A stretch of DNA of 64,000 nt. Origin: Smithellaceae bacterium (GTDB lineage Bacteria > Desulfobacterota > Syntrophia > Syntrophales > Smithellaceae). This document shows, in pieces, positions 28,986 through 39,483 of the stretch. The notes under the pieces were generated by a model. It saw nothing but the letters and a program-made list of their open reading frames with translations. It did no database searches and had not been told where the DNA came from. Position numbers and translations under genes: made by a program. The stretch spans positions 64,001 to 128,000 of the forward strand of contig CAXXVL010000002.1 of assembly GCA_963667845.2 (NCBI GenBank), given 5' to 3'. How positions within the stretch are numbered: position 1 is the first letter of the stretch; each line of letters begins with the position of its first letter.

Positions 28986-31079
28986 TCAGGCAAGACCATG
29001 TTCCTTTATTTTGCGATAGACGGTCATTCTGGATAGGTTCATTTTTTTGGCGATTCTGTTTTTGGGAATGCCCATGGCGATCATTTGTGAAAGTATTTTC
29101 TTCTCGGCTTTTTTCTGAAGGGAGCCGTAGTCTTTTATTTCCGAAATGATGTTGTCCGGGTTTTCAAGACCCGGTTGTCCTTCTCTTGCGCCCTGTCTGG
29201 CGGGCCTCGTGTTTACGTTGCGGAAATCCAGAATTTCGGCCGGAATAAGATCTGCCGTCAGTTCATTCGCATGAGCAACATTCATCATGCGCTCAATGAT
29301 ATTCTGCAATTCCCGGATATTCCCCGGCCAGGGATAGCTGAGAAAGGCGTCGATGACCAGCGGATCGATCCGATCGATTCGCTTCCCCATGATCTTTGCA
29401 TACTTGCCGATGAAATAATCGGCGAGGATCCTGATATCATCCGGACGTTCCTGCAGGGGTATCAACTGAATCATCAGGACATTCAACCGATAGTAGAGAT
29501 CTTCCCGGAAATTTCCTCGTTTGACTTCCTCCGGCAGATCCCTGTTGGTTGCGGCAATAATCCGGACATCGACCGGCCGGTTCCGTTTGCCGCCCAGGCG
29601 GACAATGGATTTATCCTCGATGACGCGCAGGAGGACGGCCTGCAGCTCCAGAGGCGTTTCGGCGATTTCATCGAGAAAGATCGTTCCTTCGTCGGCCAGT
29701 TCAAATTTGCCCTGGTTGCCGCCGCGGCGCGAACCGGTGAAAGCACCGTCCGAATAGCCGAAGAGTTCGCTGGCGATGAGGTCCCGCGGAATGGCCGCGC
29801 AATTGATGGCGACATACGGGCCGCTTTTCCTCTCGCTGGCGTTATGGATCGCCTGGGCGAAGATGTCTTTTCCCGTCCCGCTCTTTCCCAGAAGAAGAAC
29901 GTTCGATGTACTGTGCGCGGCAAGTCTGGCCTGCTCGATGGTCTTTAAAAATTTGGCGTTCTGCCCGTACACATCTTTGAATTGAAAATTAGCCTTGGCT
30001 CCGATCATTTTGGCAACCAGCGTCTTGACTCTCTTGATTTCCGTCAGGATGATGATTTTGCCCAGGACGTCCCCCTGCGGGGAATAGATGGGATTACAGG
30101 TCAGCGTGTAGTCGTTGCCTTCATTCTCGGAGAAAATTCTGACTTCCATGTCCGTGACGGTTTTGTCGGTGCTGATCATGCTCAGGAACCGGTTGTTGCC
30201 CCTGCTCAGGACATCGCGAATATACTGCCCCTCCGCCTTCCGGGTATCGAGGCGCAGCATTCTCCCGGCGTTCTCATTGATCAGTGACACCCGGCCGGAA
30301 TTATCAATGGTGATGAGTGCCTCGGGGATGGAGGCAATGACTGTTTTTTGATAGCTCGCCGCAATATTGGCTTCCGCGAGCGCCTTCTGGATCTGCAGTT
30401 GATTTTCAATGGCCTTGGCTGCTGCGACGGCCATGGCGAGCGTATTCGGGGACACGCCGTAATAATAGCTCATGATGCTGATGCCGCCGATGAATTTGCC
30501 GTCGGGGTCATGGATGGGAGCGCTGGAGATCGTGTCTCTGTGAAAAGCCTGCTTGTAATGCTGGGAAGCAAAAATGCGGATGGGCTGCTGCAGGACCACC
30601 AGGGTCCCCACCGCGTTGTTGCCGGCCTGCGATTCGTCCCACAGAGCGCCGACCACCCAATTTCCTTTGACGGCCGCCTCCTTGAATTCATCCCGGATCA
30701 TGATTTCCAGCAAATATCCCCGGTGATCGAAGAGAGTGATCGTAAACCGCGATCCGCTCATGAATCCATAAATATGATTCATGAAGATCCGGCTGTGCCG
30801 GATAAAGTACTCATTCTCCTTGAGCAGGGCCTGCAATTCCTTCCCGGAGAGGATCTTGTTTTGCGGTCTGGTCAGGGGATCGATTCCCATGGCCCGGCAC
30901 CGCTCCCATGATTCCAGAATGGCAGGTGGAACAATCGCGGTATTGATTCTCTTATCGCCGTTCATAAATTTCTGCCATTCTATGAGCGTACTCTGATGTT
31001 TCTTTTCAAAATATTCCGGGGCGATCGGATAGGAAACGGAATTCGCTTCCATCCCGGTATTTACATATTTTTCAGACAT
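28986..31079 (-). CDS. Sigma54-dependent transcriptional activator (GAF-PAS-AAA-Fis HTH, AcoR-like)
   Basis: SWERC, GKSGTGKD, SELFG..GAFTGS, FLDEI, FREDLYYRL, WPGNIREL and C-terminal HTH. Confidence 0.93.
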   Translation of the reverse strand: MSEKYVNTGMEANSVSYPIAPEYFEKKHQSTLIEWQKFMNGDKRINTAIVPPAILESWERCRAMGIDPLTRPQNKILSGKELQALLKENEYFIRHSRIFMNHIYGFMSGSRFTITLFDHRGYLLEIMIRDEFKEAAVKGNWVVGALWDESQAGNNAVGTLVVLQQPIRIFASQHYKQAFHRDTISSAPIHDPDGKFIGGISIMSYYYGVSPNTLAMAVAAAKAIENQLQIQKALAEANIAASYQKTVIASIPEALITIDNSGRVSLINENAGRMLRLDTRKAEGQYIRDVLSRGNNRFLSMISTDKTVTDMEVRIFSENEGNDYTLTCNPIYSPQGDVLGKIIILTEIKRVKTLVAKMIGAKANFQFKDVYGQNAKFLKTIEQARLAAHSTSNVLLLGKSGTGKDIFAQAIHNASERKSGPYVAINCAAIPRDLIASELFGYSDGAFTGSRRGGNQGKFELADEGTIFLDEIAETPLELQAVLLRVIEDKSIVRLGGKRNRPVDVRIIAATNRDLPEEVKRGNFREDLYYRLNVLMIQLIPLQERPDDIRILADYFIGKYAKIMGKRIDRIDPLVIDAFLSYPWPGNIRELQNIIERMMNVAHANELTADLIPAEILDFRNVNTRPARQGAREGQPGLENPDNIISEIKDYGSLQKKAEKKILSQMIAMGIPKNRIAKKMNLSRMTVYRKIKEHGLA

Positions 31080-31122
31080 ACTTTTTCCGTTCTTTGATTA
31101 TTATTTTCTCATTGATCATCTA

Positions 31123-31183
31123 TGTAACATGACTGTTGCCGAAATGTAACATGGCGTAACATCAATGCGACAATTGCGTAGCA
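31123..31183. promoter_or_regulatory. Putative upstream activator sites for the sigma54 activator
   Basis: TGTAACA-like heptamers at 31123, 31134, 31145, 31155, 31166 and 31177, spaced 10-11 bp apart. Confidence 0.6.
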
Positions 31184-31265
31184 CAGAAATCATAAAAAAG
31201 TAACAATCATTTCGACGGAAAGCATAACACGCTAATATTGAAAGAGATATATAGTCGGCGAACAT

Positions 31266-31282
31266 CTGGTACAAAGAATGCT
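31266..31282 (+). promoter_or_regulatory. Sigma54 (-24/-12) promoter
   Basis: CTGGTACAAAGAATGCT with GG-N10-GC spacing, divergent from a sigma54 activator. Confidence 0.75.
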
Positions 31283-31404
31283 AACAAGACACAATACAAA
31301 ATTATTATTTAATACCCGCGCCGATCGGCCCGGGGATTTTCACTCTGATTCAGTGATTGCCGTTCATCCGGCACAGCATTTATTTGACAGAAAGGTAAGA
31401 AACA

Positions 31405-33084
31405 ATGGAATCAAAATCCTGGCATCGTCATTACGATTACGATGTCCCCACGACCATCCGTTACCCTGAGGTACCCGCTCATAATGCTATTCACCTGTCG
31501 GCGGCGTATTTTCCCCAAAAAGCGGCCGTCAATTTTTACGGCACGGAACTGACCTTTGTCGAGCTGCGCGAACAGATGCTGCGGTTCGCCAACGCCATGG
31601 GAGCGCTGGGTGTCAAGAAATCGGAAAGGGTCGGCATTGCCCTGCCCAATTGCCCGCAGTACATCATCGCTTACCTGGCCGTTCTTTCTCTGGGCGGCAT
31701 CGTGGTCAACATGAACCCCCTGTATACCCATGACGAGCTCAAGTTCATGATGGAAAATACCGGCATGGAAACCCTGATTACCTTTGACGGCGCGTTGCCC
31801 ACCATGAGGCCGCTGGCCAAAGAGCTGGGGCTCACGCGAGTGATCGTCACGCGGCTGACGGACTACATGAAGGAATTCGATGTGAGCACGGCCAAAAGCC
31901 TGGGGCTGGAGGACGGCTGGCACCATTTTTCCGCGCTCTTGAAAAACTGCAGCAATAAAAGCATCCCGCGTGTCACCATCGCCCCCGGTGATTCGGCCAT
32001 GATCCAGTTCACCGGCGGCACGACAGGCCTTCCCAAAGGGGCAGTCCTGACCCATGCCAACGTCGTCGCCGCCATTTACGCAGCAACTTTATGGGGGTCG
32101 AAAACGAGCACGCTGGTCCCCCCCCAGGACCGCACCGTTCTGGGCGTTATCCCTTATTTCCATATTTACGGCAATATCGTGGCGATGAACTGCGCCTTGT
32201 TCAACGGCGCAACCCAGATCCTTTTGCATCGCTTCGATCTGGAAGAAGTCTTAAGCACGATCGCCAAATTCGAACAGATTTCGTTTTTCCCCGCCGTCCC
32301 GACGATGATCACGGCCATCGTCAATCATCCCAAAGTACACGAAATGAAGCTCAATTGCCGCATCCGGTATTTCAATTCCGGCGGCGCCCCCATGCCCGCG
32401 GAGCTCATTGCGCGGGTCCGGGATATGGGAATTTTCTTCGGCGAGGGCTACGGCATGAGTGAATCGACGGCGCTGGGCATCTCCAACCCGGTCATCGGTT
32501 TAAGCAAAACCGGTTCCGTCGGCATTCCCTATATTGATACGGATGTCCGCCTCGTCGATCTGGAAACCGGCACGCAGGATGTAAAGCCCGGCGATCCGGG
32601 GGAAATCATCATGAAAAGCCCGTTTGTCATGAAGGAATATTGGAACAACCCCGCGGAGACAGCTAACCAGATCAGAGACGGCTGGCTCTTCACCGGTGAT
32701 ATCGGACAGGCGGATGAGGATGGTTACCTCTATATTGTGGACCGCAAGAAGGACATGATCATCGCCGGCGGCTTCAATATTTATCCCCGCGAAGTGGACG
32801 AAGTGCTCTATCAGCATCCCAAAGTGTCCGAGGCGGTCACCGTCGGCATCCCCGACGCCTACCGGGGCGAAACCGTCAAGATCTATGTGGTGCTCAAACC
32901 CGACGAGATCTGCGAAGAAAAAGAAATTATCGATTTTTGCAAGACCAGATTGGCTCCCTATAAAGTGCCCAAGAAGGTCGAGTTCCGCGATGCCCTGCCG
33001 AAATCGGCTGTCGGCAAGCTTCTGAGGAAGATCCTCCGTGATGAGGAAATGGCAAAAAAAATAGCTAAGGTGAACACAAAATAA
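31405..33084 (+). CDS. Long-chain fatty acid--CoA ligase
   Basis: FTGGTTGLPKG, EGYGMSE, TGD, DRKKDMI, LPKSAVGK. Confidence 0.93.
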   Translation: MESKSWHRHYDYDVPTTIRYPEVPAHNAIHLSAAYFPQKAAVNFYGTELTFVELREQMLRFANAMGALGVKKSERVGIALPNCPQYIIAYLAVLSLGGIVVNMNPLYTHDELKFMMENTGMETLITFDGALPTMRPLAKELGLTRVIVTRLTDYMKEFDVSTAKSLGLEDGWHHFSALLKNCSNKSIPRVTIAPGDSAMIQFTGGTTGLPKGAVLTHANVVAAIYAATLWGSKTSTLVPPQDRTVLGVIPYFHIYGNIVAMNCALFNGATQILLHRFDLEEVLSTIAKFEQISFFPAVPTMITAIVNHPKVHEMKLNCRIRYFNSGGAPMPAELIARVRDMGIFFGEGYGMSESTALGISNPVIGLSKTGSVGIPYIDTDVRLVDLETGTQDVKPGDPGEIIMKSPFVMKEYWNNPAETANQIRDGWLFTGDIGQADEDGYLYIVDRKKDMIIAGGFNIYPREVDEVLYQHPKVSEAVTVGIPDAYRGETVKIYVVLKPDEICEEKEIIDFCKTRLAPYKVPKKVEFRDALPKSAVGKLLRKILRDEEMAKKIAKVNTK

Positions 33085-33281
33085 AAAAAAGTAACAAGAT
33101 GAAATTGCGTAGAAGAGTATTTGTGATGATGGACAGGAAGCTCGATTGCTGCAAGCCAAAGAGCGATTGGGGAAAATAATCATTCACACCCCGTGGGAGG
33201 CATGGGTTGGGGCTTGCTGTTTGGGCCGCATCCCATGCCGAACACATAATGTTCCATAAATAAATAATTTGAGGAGACGAC

Positions 33282-34781
33282 ATGAGATCAAAACAGGATT
33301 ACATCAAGGGATTGTCCAAAATGAAGCGAAACTGCTACTATGACGGCCAGTTGATCGACCGCGACGACCAGTTGCAGATGGACTGCTTAAACGTCATCGG
33401 GACAACCTATGACGAAGCGGCCAAACCCGAAAACCAGGATCTATGCACGGCGATTTCGCACCTGACGGGCGAGCGGATCAACCGCTACACGCATATTCAC
33501 CAGAACAAGGAGGATCTGCACAAGAAACAGGACATGACCCGCATGCTCTGCCAGAAGGTCGGCGGCTGCATTCAGCGCTGCATGGGCATTGACGGCACGA
33601 ATGCCATTTACAATGTGTCCTATGAAGCGGACAAGTTAAACAACGGCGCCACCCAGTATCATGAGAACTTCAAGAAGTGGCTGACCCGTTTCCAGACGGA
33701 AGATTTGATCGGCTGCTGCGCGCAGACCGATACCAAAGGCGACCGCTTGCTGCGTCCCGCGGACCAGCCCAATCCCGGTTCCTATGTGCATATTAAAGAG
33801 CGGACCAAGGACGGCATTATTGTCGAAGGCTGCAAGGTTCACATTTCCGAAGCCTCCGTGGCGGACGAAGTTCTGGTAGTCCCCACCCGCGCGCTGCGCA
33901 AAGAAGACAAGGACTATGCCGTGGCTTTTGCTATCCCGGGCGACTGGGACGGATTGAAACAGGTCGTGACCATTCACAACCTCCGGGAGCGCACCCATTA
34001 TAAAAGAGGCTTTCAGCCGGGAGCGACGGATTCCTACATGATTTTTGAAAACTGTTTTGTTCCCTGGGAAAGAGTTTTCCTGGCGGGCGAATATCAGCAC
34101 GGCGGCGCCTGCGCGCTTCTGTTTGCTCTGTTCCATCGCCATTCTTACTCCGGCTGCAAACCGGCCATCGGCGATGTCATTCTGGGATCGGCAGCACTCG
34201 CTGCTGAAGTGAACAACATCCACAAAGAATCCCATGTCCGCGAGAAGCTGGCTGAAATTATCATGACGATCGAACTGGGCTACGCGGCCGGTTACACGGC
34301 GTCCGACCTGGGCAAGCCCGAAGTTTACATCCCCGGCGTAGGATTTGTTCCCTATGGCCCCGGCTCCTACATTCCGCATTCCATTTACTGCAACGTCGGC
34401 CGTTGTCTGTCCGGCGAGGCGGTCTTCCGCGAGGCCGAAATTCTCTGCGACATCTCCGGCGGCGTCACGGCAACATTCCCGCATGAGAAGGATTTTGCCA
34501 ATCCCGCAACGGGCGAAGCGCTGCTTAAGTACACCAAACGCAATCCCAACATGTCGGCCGAAGATCAGGCCCAGTTCTGGAGATATCTGGGAGACGGTCT
34601 GTGCTCCGCGTCCGGCGGCATCGCGAACGTGGGTAACTACCATGGCGGTGGATCGCCGATCATGGAGCAGATCGCCATCACGACCCAGTATGACATCGAG
34701 TCCCGCAAGAAGCTGGTGAAATACATCGCCGGCATGAGCGGCGGAGACCGCGATGCACTGTCTAAAAAGAGCAACAAGTAG
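33282..34781 (+). CDS. abfD: 4-hydroxybutyryl-CoA dehydratase / vinylacetyl-CoA delta-isomerase
   Basis: [4Fe-4S] ligand motifs CIQRCMG and HRHSYSGCK, plus TDTKGDR and HGGGSP. Confidence 0.85.
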   Translation: MRSKQDYIKGLSKMKRNCYYDGQLIDRDDQLQMDCLNVIGTTYDEAAKPENQDLCTAISHLTGERINRYTHIHQNKEDLHKKQDMTRMLCQKVGGCIQRCMGIDGTNAIYNVSYEADKLNNGATQYHENFKKWLTRFQTEDLIGCCAQTDTKGDRLLRPADQPNPGSYVHIKERTKDGIIVEGCKVHISEASVADEVLVVPTRALRKEDKDYAVAFAIPGDWDGLKQVVTIHNLRERTHYKRGFQPGATDSYMIFENCFVPWERVFLAGEYQHGGACALLFALFHRHSYSGCKPAIGDVILGSAALAAEVNNIHKESHVREKLAEIIMTIELGYAAGYTASDLGKPEVYIPGVGFVPYGPGSYIPHSIYCNVGRCLSGEAVFREAEILCDISGGVTATFPHEKDFANPATGEALLKYTKRNPNMSAEDQAQFWRYLGDGLCSASGGIANVGNYHGGGSPIMEQIAITTQYDIESRKKLVKYIAGMSGGDRDALSKKSNK

Positions 34782-35121
34782 TCTCTGCAGTATTCGTCTT
34801 TCCGCCCGCCTTTTCACCGGTGTCGGGCGGGCGGAAAGATTTTACAAAACGCCCGGTGGTTGTCAAGGGCACTGCATTTTTCAGTTCAGGCGGCCCGCCT
34901 GTTTTCCGGATAGCCGGCGGATGGTTTTACCTGAGAGATTCGCCATGCCGCAGGCAACCGGCGGATCGATCACATTTCGAAGGATTTTATTCCGGCATTG
35001 AAAGCCTGCGGGTCATGGATGAACAGATCAAAACCATGATGGTGGACAACCCCGGAAATCTTTCCCGGGCAAATAGACCCTCCACTCAGTTTTTCTCATT
35101 GGAAAAGCTGAGCGATCAAGT

Positions 35122-35161
35122 AAAGGGGTTAAAACCTTCTCCCTTGGGTTTTAACCCCTTT
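35122..35161. terminator. Intrinsic terminator-like hairpin
   Basis: AAAGGGGTTAAAACC / GGTTTTAACCCCTTT. Confidence 0.65.
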
Positions 35162-35620
35162 CTTTTCGAATCCCTTTAATTTATTTCACCCCTCTGATGG
35201 ATCAAGTTTTTTCAGGAGCGGATTCTCTCTAATGAACATGTTGGTGGTTTTCGTCTCATCATCATAAACAAGAACCGCCGGAACGATTTCCAGTTTTTTA
35301 TTTGCCCTGCGGGAATTTCGTAGCCGGCTGAGCCTCGACTGCGTCGCAATCCGCTGTGCCCCTGGAAATAAATTCGTCAATAACTCCGCTCGGAGCCGGG
35401 GCGCTGAGTTTATTTATCGGGATGGTGAACAGCCCTTGCAATTTGCTCCGGCTCGGGCTGCCGGCAGATTCCCACTTTATTTCGCAACAAGACCGCGGCC
35501 TTCAAAGAAGGCTCCGGGCTTGCAGACACCATTACAAACTGAAAAAGCCGAGAGGCGACTTTCGGTTATCTTTAACATTGATTTGCAGGCAAACGGTATC
35601 CCTGATCACCCAAAATCCCT

Positions 35621-35649
35621 TTGACAGACAAGACCTTTTCTCCTAAGAT
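35621..35649 (+). promoter_or_regulatory. Putative sigma70 promoter
   Basis: TTGACA-N17-TAAGAT upstream of the hybrid kinase. Confidence 0.5.
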
Positions 35650-35720
35650 CAAAATCTGAAAAGCGTCCCTGACCCGAAAGGCCGATTTCAAAACTATCGG
35701 TATCCGGAGGCTCGTTTCGT

Positions 35721-37916
35721 TTGAATATACAGTCTTTGACTACCAAATTTTTTTCTAACCCCCGATGGCCGGTTCACTTTTTCGTCACGGTCACCGTGCT
35801 GTCTCAACTTTTTACGGCCGGCATGAATATCACCAACGGCTTGTTGTGGTGGCAACGGATAGACCTTGATCTTATCCTGATCGGCTGCATTGATTCCTTC
35901 GTTGTTACAACTCTGCTTGCTCTGCCGGTCATCTATTTCATGAAGAAATATTTTAATCTCGAAGAAATAAACCTGAAACTCCAGAAAGAATTTACCGAAC
36001 GCGTCATGGCGGAGAATGCCCTGCGGACAAGTGAAGAGAAGCTCAACTCCATCGTCTCCACAAGCCAGGAGTGGATTTGGTCCAAAGATTTAACGGGTGT
36101 CTATACCTTCAGCAATCCCGCTGTCCGTGATATCCTGGGCTATCTCCCGGATGAAATATTGGGGCATGCTGTTGCCAATTCCTTTGTGCATAAAGAAGAT
36201 CTTCTCGTGATGAAGGAGCTGCTGTCGCGATCGATTGCGTTAAAGACGGGCTGGTCGAACATTGTTACGCGCTGGAAGCACAGGGATGGAACCTATCGTT
36301 ATCTGGAAAGCTCTGCGGTGCCGATGCTGGATCAGTCGGGAAATCTCTATGGATTTCAAGGGACGGACCGCGACATCACGATACGCAAGCAGTCTGAAGA
36401 CGACGTCAGAGAGAGTGAAGAACGCTATCGAACCATCTTCGAGAGTACGGCCACGGCCAATATCCTTATGGCCCAAGACATGACCATCCTCATGGCGAAC
36501 GACGACTTCGCCGGCTTGAGCGGCTATTCGAAACAGGAACTGGAAGGAAAAATCAAATTGACCGCTTTCGCCGACGAGAATGATCTGGAAAGGGTGATGC
36601 GCTACGATAAAATGCGCGGGCCTGACCCAGGATCGGCACTCTCATCCAATGAATTCCGCTTTATAAACCGCAACGGCGAAGTCAGAGAACTCTTCGTCAA
36701 TGTTGCCGTTATCCCCAAAACAAACGAAAGCGTCGTCTCTTTGATCGATTTGACGGAAAGGAAACAACTGGAGACGGAGCTCATTCAGTCAAAGAAGATG
36801 GAATCCGTAGGCCGTCTTGCCGGAGGCGTTGCGCATGACTTTAACAACATGCTCAGCGTAATCATCGGTAATACGGAAATCGCCATGCTGACCGTTGATC
36901 CCACTTCCCCCCTGCGCAGAACCCTGCAGGATATCATGAGCGCGGCGATGCGCTCCGCGGAGCTGACCCGTCAATTGCTGGCGTTTGCCCGAAAACAAAC
37001 CGCGAGCCCCCGGGTGCTGAACCTGAGCGATACGGTGACCGGCATGCTCAAGATGCTGCAGAGACTCATTGGCGAAAACATCAATCTGATATGGATGCCC
37101 GGACAAAATCTTTGGAAAGTCAGGATAGATCCATCCCAGGTTGACCAGATTCTGGTCAACCTGACAGTCAACGCCCGCGACGCCATAGGCCAGACGGGAA
37201 AGATCACGATCGAAACGTCCAATGCGGCTTGCGATGAAGGGTATCGCAACGGCTTTACAGACTTTATCCCGGGCGACTACGTCGAATTGTCTGTAAGGGA
37301 CAATGGCTGCGGCATGGAAAAGCATACGCTCGCCAATATTTTCGAGCCCTTCTATACCTCCGGCAAAAACGGCCAGGGCACGGGACTGGGCCTGGCTACC
37401 GTGTACGGAATCGTTAAGCAGAACAGCGGGTTTATTAATGTGCGCAGTGAACCGGGGCAGGGTTCAATCTTCAGAATCTATCTGCCGCGCCATAAGGACA
37501 CAGGCGCGGAAAAAACAGCTGATGAATCGGAGACGCCAATGCAAGGGGGAACGGAGACCGTCTTGATCGTGGAAGATGAAGAGACGGTTTTGAAACTCGG
37601 CAGGGCCATGCTGGAAACGCTGGGCTATAACGTGCTTTCGGCCAGGGGTGCGGATCAGGCGCTGAAACTGGCCAATGGATATGCGGGGAAAATCGACCTG
37701 CTGCTCATGGATGTCGTTATGCCGGACATGAATGGAAAGGAATTATCGGAGCGGATCATCGCCGTCAAGCCGGGTCTGAAATGTCTGTATATGTCCGGAT
37801 ACACGGCAGATGTAATCGCCCATCAGGGGATTCTGGATAGAGGCGTACAATTCATCTCCAAACCATTTTCTTTAAAAGATCTGGCGGCCAAAATTCGGGA
37901 AGCCGTCGGAGAATAG
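35721..37916 (+). CDS. Membrane-bound PAS hybrid sensor histidine kinase / response regulator
   Basis: 2 TM, two PAS domains, AHDFNNML H-box, NARDA, GTGLGL, receiver LLMDVVMP. Confidence 0.92.
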   Translation: MNIQSLTTKFFSNPRWPVHFFVTVTVLSQLFTAGMNITNGLLWWQRIDLDLILIGCIDSFVVTTLLALPVIYFMKKYFNLEEINLKLQKEFTERVMAENALRTSEEKLNSIVSTSQEWIWSKDLTGVYTFSNPAVRDILGYLPDEILGHAVANSFVHKEDLLVMKELLSRSIALKTGWSNIVTRWKHRDGTYRYLESSAVPMLDQSGNLYGFQGTDRDITIRKQSEDDVRESEERYRTIFESTATANILMAQDMTILMANDDFAGLSGYSKQELEGKIKLTAFADENDLERVMRYDKMRGPDPGSALSSNEFRFINRNGEVRELFVNVAVIPKTNESVVSLIDLTERKQLETELIQSKKMESVGRLAGGVAHDFNNMLSVIIGNTEIAMLTVDPTSPLRRTLQDIMSAAMRSAELTRQLLAFARKQTASPRVLNLSDTVTGMLKMLQRLIGENINLIWMPGQNLWKVRIDPSQVDQILVNLTVNARDAIGQTGKITIETSNAACDEGYRNGFTDFIPGDYVELSVRDNGCGMEKHTLANIFEPFYTSGKNGQGTGLGLATVYGIVKQNSGFINVRSEPGQGSIFRIYLPRHKDTGAEKTADESETPMQGGTETVLIVEDEETVLKLGRAMLETLGYNVLSARGADQALKLANGYAGKIDLLLMDVVMPDMNGKELSERIIAVKPGLKCLYMSGYTADVIAHQGILDRGVQFISKPFSLKDLAAKIREAVGE

Positions 37917-37947
37917 AAATCGAGCGCAACATCCGGTCCTGCAGAAT

Positions 37948-38009
37948 AATCAACCGCCTCGCAGCAGGCTGCGGAGAATTAACGCTCATCCCGCAAAAGC
38001 GGGATTAAA
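37948..38009 (-). repeat. Dispersed hairpin element, copy 4 (short form, inverted)
   Basis: AATCAACCGCCTCGCAGCAGGCTGCGGAGAATTAACGCTCATCCCGCAAAAGCGGGATTAAA. Confidence 0.85.
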
Positions 38010-38100
38010 AGTGCAGATGATCTTTTCGGATCCGGCATTTTCTTTTATGCCAACATACAAATTTGAGAGCGGCCGCTCTCTTTCGCTTTGGGAGTAGAAG

Positions 38101-38466
38101 ATGAAGAATGAATCAAAAAAGAAGGAAGTGAGTCAATGGGACTGCTTTTCATTCCCTTGTGGAGATTCCTGTTGTCAATACGGCGTCGATGTGTTCGCGG
38201 TCGAGAGGGATCGCCTGATCTCTGCCGGTAAAGCCACCGCAGATGATTTCCAGGGGCCGAAGATTGATAAAACCGGAACTGCAATGTATCGCACCCGGAC
38301 GGGGCCCCGCGGATGCGTCTTCCTGCTCGATGAGCGCGGCTGCAGTTTGCATATTTCCGGACACAAGCCGCAGGTCTGCCGCGAGTGGCCCCGCAATTAC
38401 CAGGAAGCAAAGCGCGCCGCCGGCAAAGATTACCTGCCCTGCTTCCTGCACCGTTATGACCTGTAA
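38101..38466 (+). CDS. YkgJ-family cysteine-cluster (Zn/Fe-chelating) protein
   Basis: C..CGDSCC, CVFL, CSLH, KPQVCREWP. Confidence 0.8.
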   Translation: MKNESKKKEVSQWDCFSFPCGDSCCQYGVDVFAVERDRLISAGKATADDFQGPKIDKTGTAMYRTRTGPRGCVFLLDERGCSLHISGHKPQVCREWPRNYQEAKRAAGKDYLPCFLHRYDL

Positions 38467-38751
38467 AGTGAAGTCAATGGCGGACTCACCCTTTCACCGT
38501 TACCTTCCTTTTGCTTAAACAAAAAAGCCGGAAGGCAACTTCCGGCTGTGATTACAAGAACTGATGATTCTCAGGACGCCGTCCGCTTTCTAATTTAGCC
38601 GCCGGGCGCATCCGGCCCCGTCTTGTGTCATGCCGGCTACGGCCGGCAACGGCTGAACCGACCTATTGAGATAAAAGAGTGATTGTATCAGTGGAAATGT
38701 CAGAGCAATTGCCAAAAGGATAAATGCGATTACGGATTAATTATTTGCCGC

Positions 38752-38854
38752 TTGAGTCCCGCTCGCGCGGGACGAGCGTTAATTCTCCGCAGCTTGCCGC
38801 GATATAATCACGTTCATTTCAATACCTCGACAGCTTGCTGCGAGGTGGTTGATT
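38752..38854 (+). repeat. Dispersed hairpin element, copy 5 (long form)
   Basis: TCCCGCTCGCGCGGGACGAGCGTTAATTCTCCGCAGCTTGCCGCGATATAATCACGTTCATTTCAATACCTCGACAGCTTGCTGCGAGGTGGTTGATT. Confidence 0.85.
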
Positions 38855-38941
38855 GAAGCTGAGTTGATATTTTGAAGCGCGTCTCTCGATACCAGCCCCC
38901 TAAATACCCCGCACCATGACTCTCTTGTATCCGCGATAGTC

Positions 38942-38970
38942 TTGACACACACCATTTCACTTCTTACATT
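38942..38970 (+). promoter_or_regulatory. Putative sigma70 promoter
   Basis: TTGACA-N17-TACATT. Confidence 0.5.
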
Positions 38971-39070
38971 TCAAATAGACCCGCTTGGAGGAGGAATGAA
39001 ATAATCAACAATGATTCCTCGTTGTTAAGCTGAGGGTCTATAAATCAAATTGTCACTCAGGGAGGATATT

Positions 39071-39412
39071 ATGAATCATGACGCAACAAAGATCGGCGGC
39101 GCTATTTTAATAGGCGGGTTGATCGGCGCCGGTATAGCGCTTCTGGCTGCACCCAAGTCCGGCCGTAAGACGCGGTTGGAAATTTTCAGGGCGGCGCGCC
39201 GTACAAGAAATAACGCGGCGGCTTTAATTGAGGAGACCATTGAAGATGTAAACATCCTCATCGAGGATCTTAAGGCCAAGGCCGCTGATATTGCAGAGCA
39301 GGGAGCGGATCTGACTGACAAGGCCAAAAAGGAGATCATGGCAACCCTTGAGCAGGGCCAGCACGCATTGGAAAAACAGAAGCAAAAATTTTCAGAAGCC
39401 CTCAAGCGCTGA
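39071..39412 (+). CDS. YtxH domain protein
   Basis: IGGLIGAGIALLAAPKSGRKTR followed by coiled coil. GGAGG RBS. Confidence 0.85.
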   Translation: MNHDATKIGGAILIGGLIGAGIALLAAPKSGRKTRLEIFRAARRTRNNAAALIEETIEDVNILIEDLKAKAADIAEQGADLTDKAKKEIMATLEQGQHALEKQKQKFSEALKR

Positions 39413-39483
39413 AGCCTTAAAGCCGGTCCGTTTTCCCCGCGGGCGCAAGTCAGGAGAAACCACTGCATTGTGCAAGGAGTCTG

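Noticed and set aside
38626..38651. GTCATGCCGGC..GCCGGCA REP-like half-site
   Set aside because: Single degenerate occurrence with no partner arm; too short to support a call.
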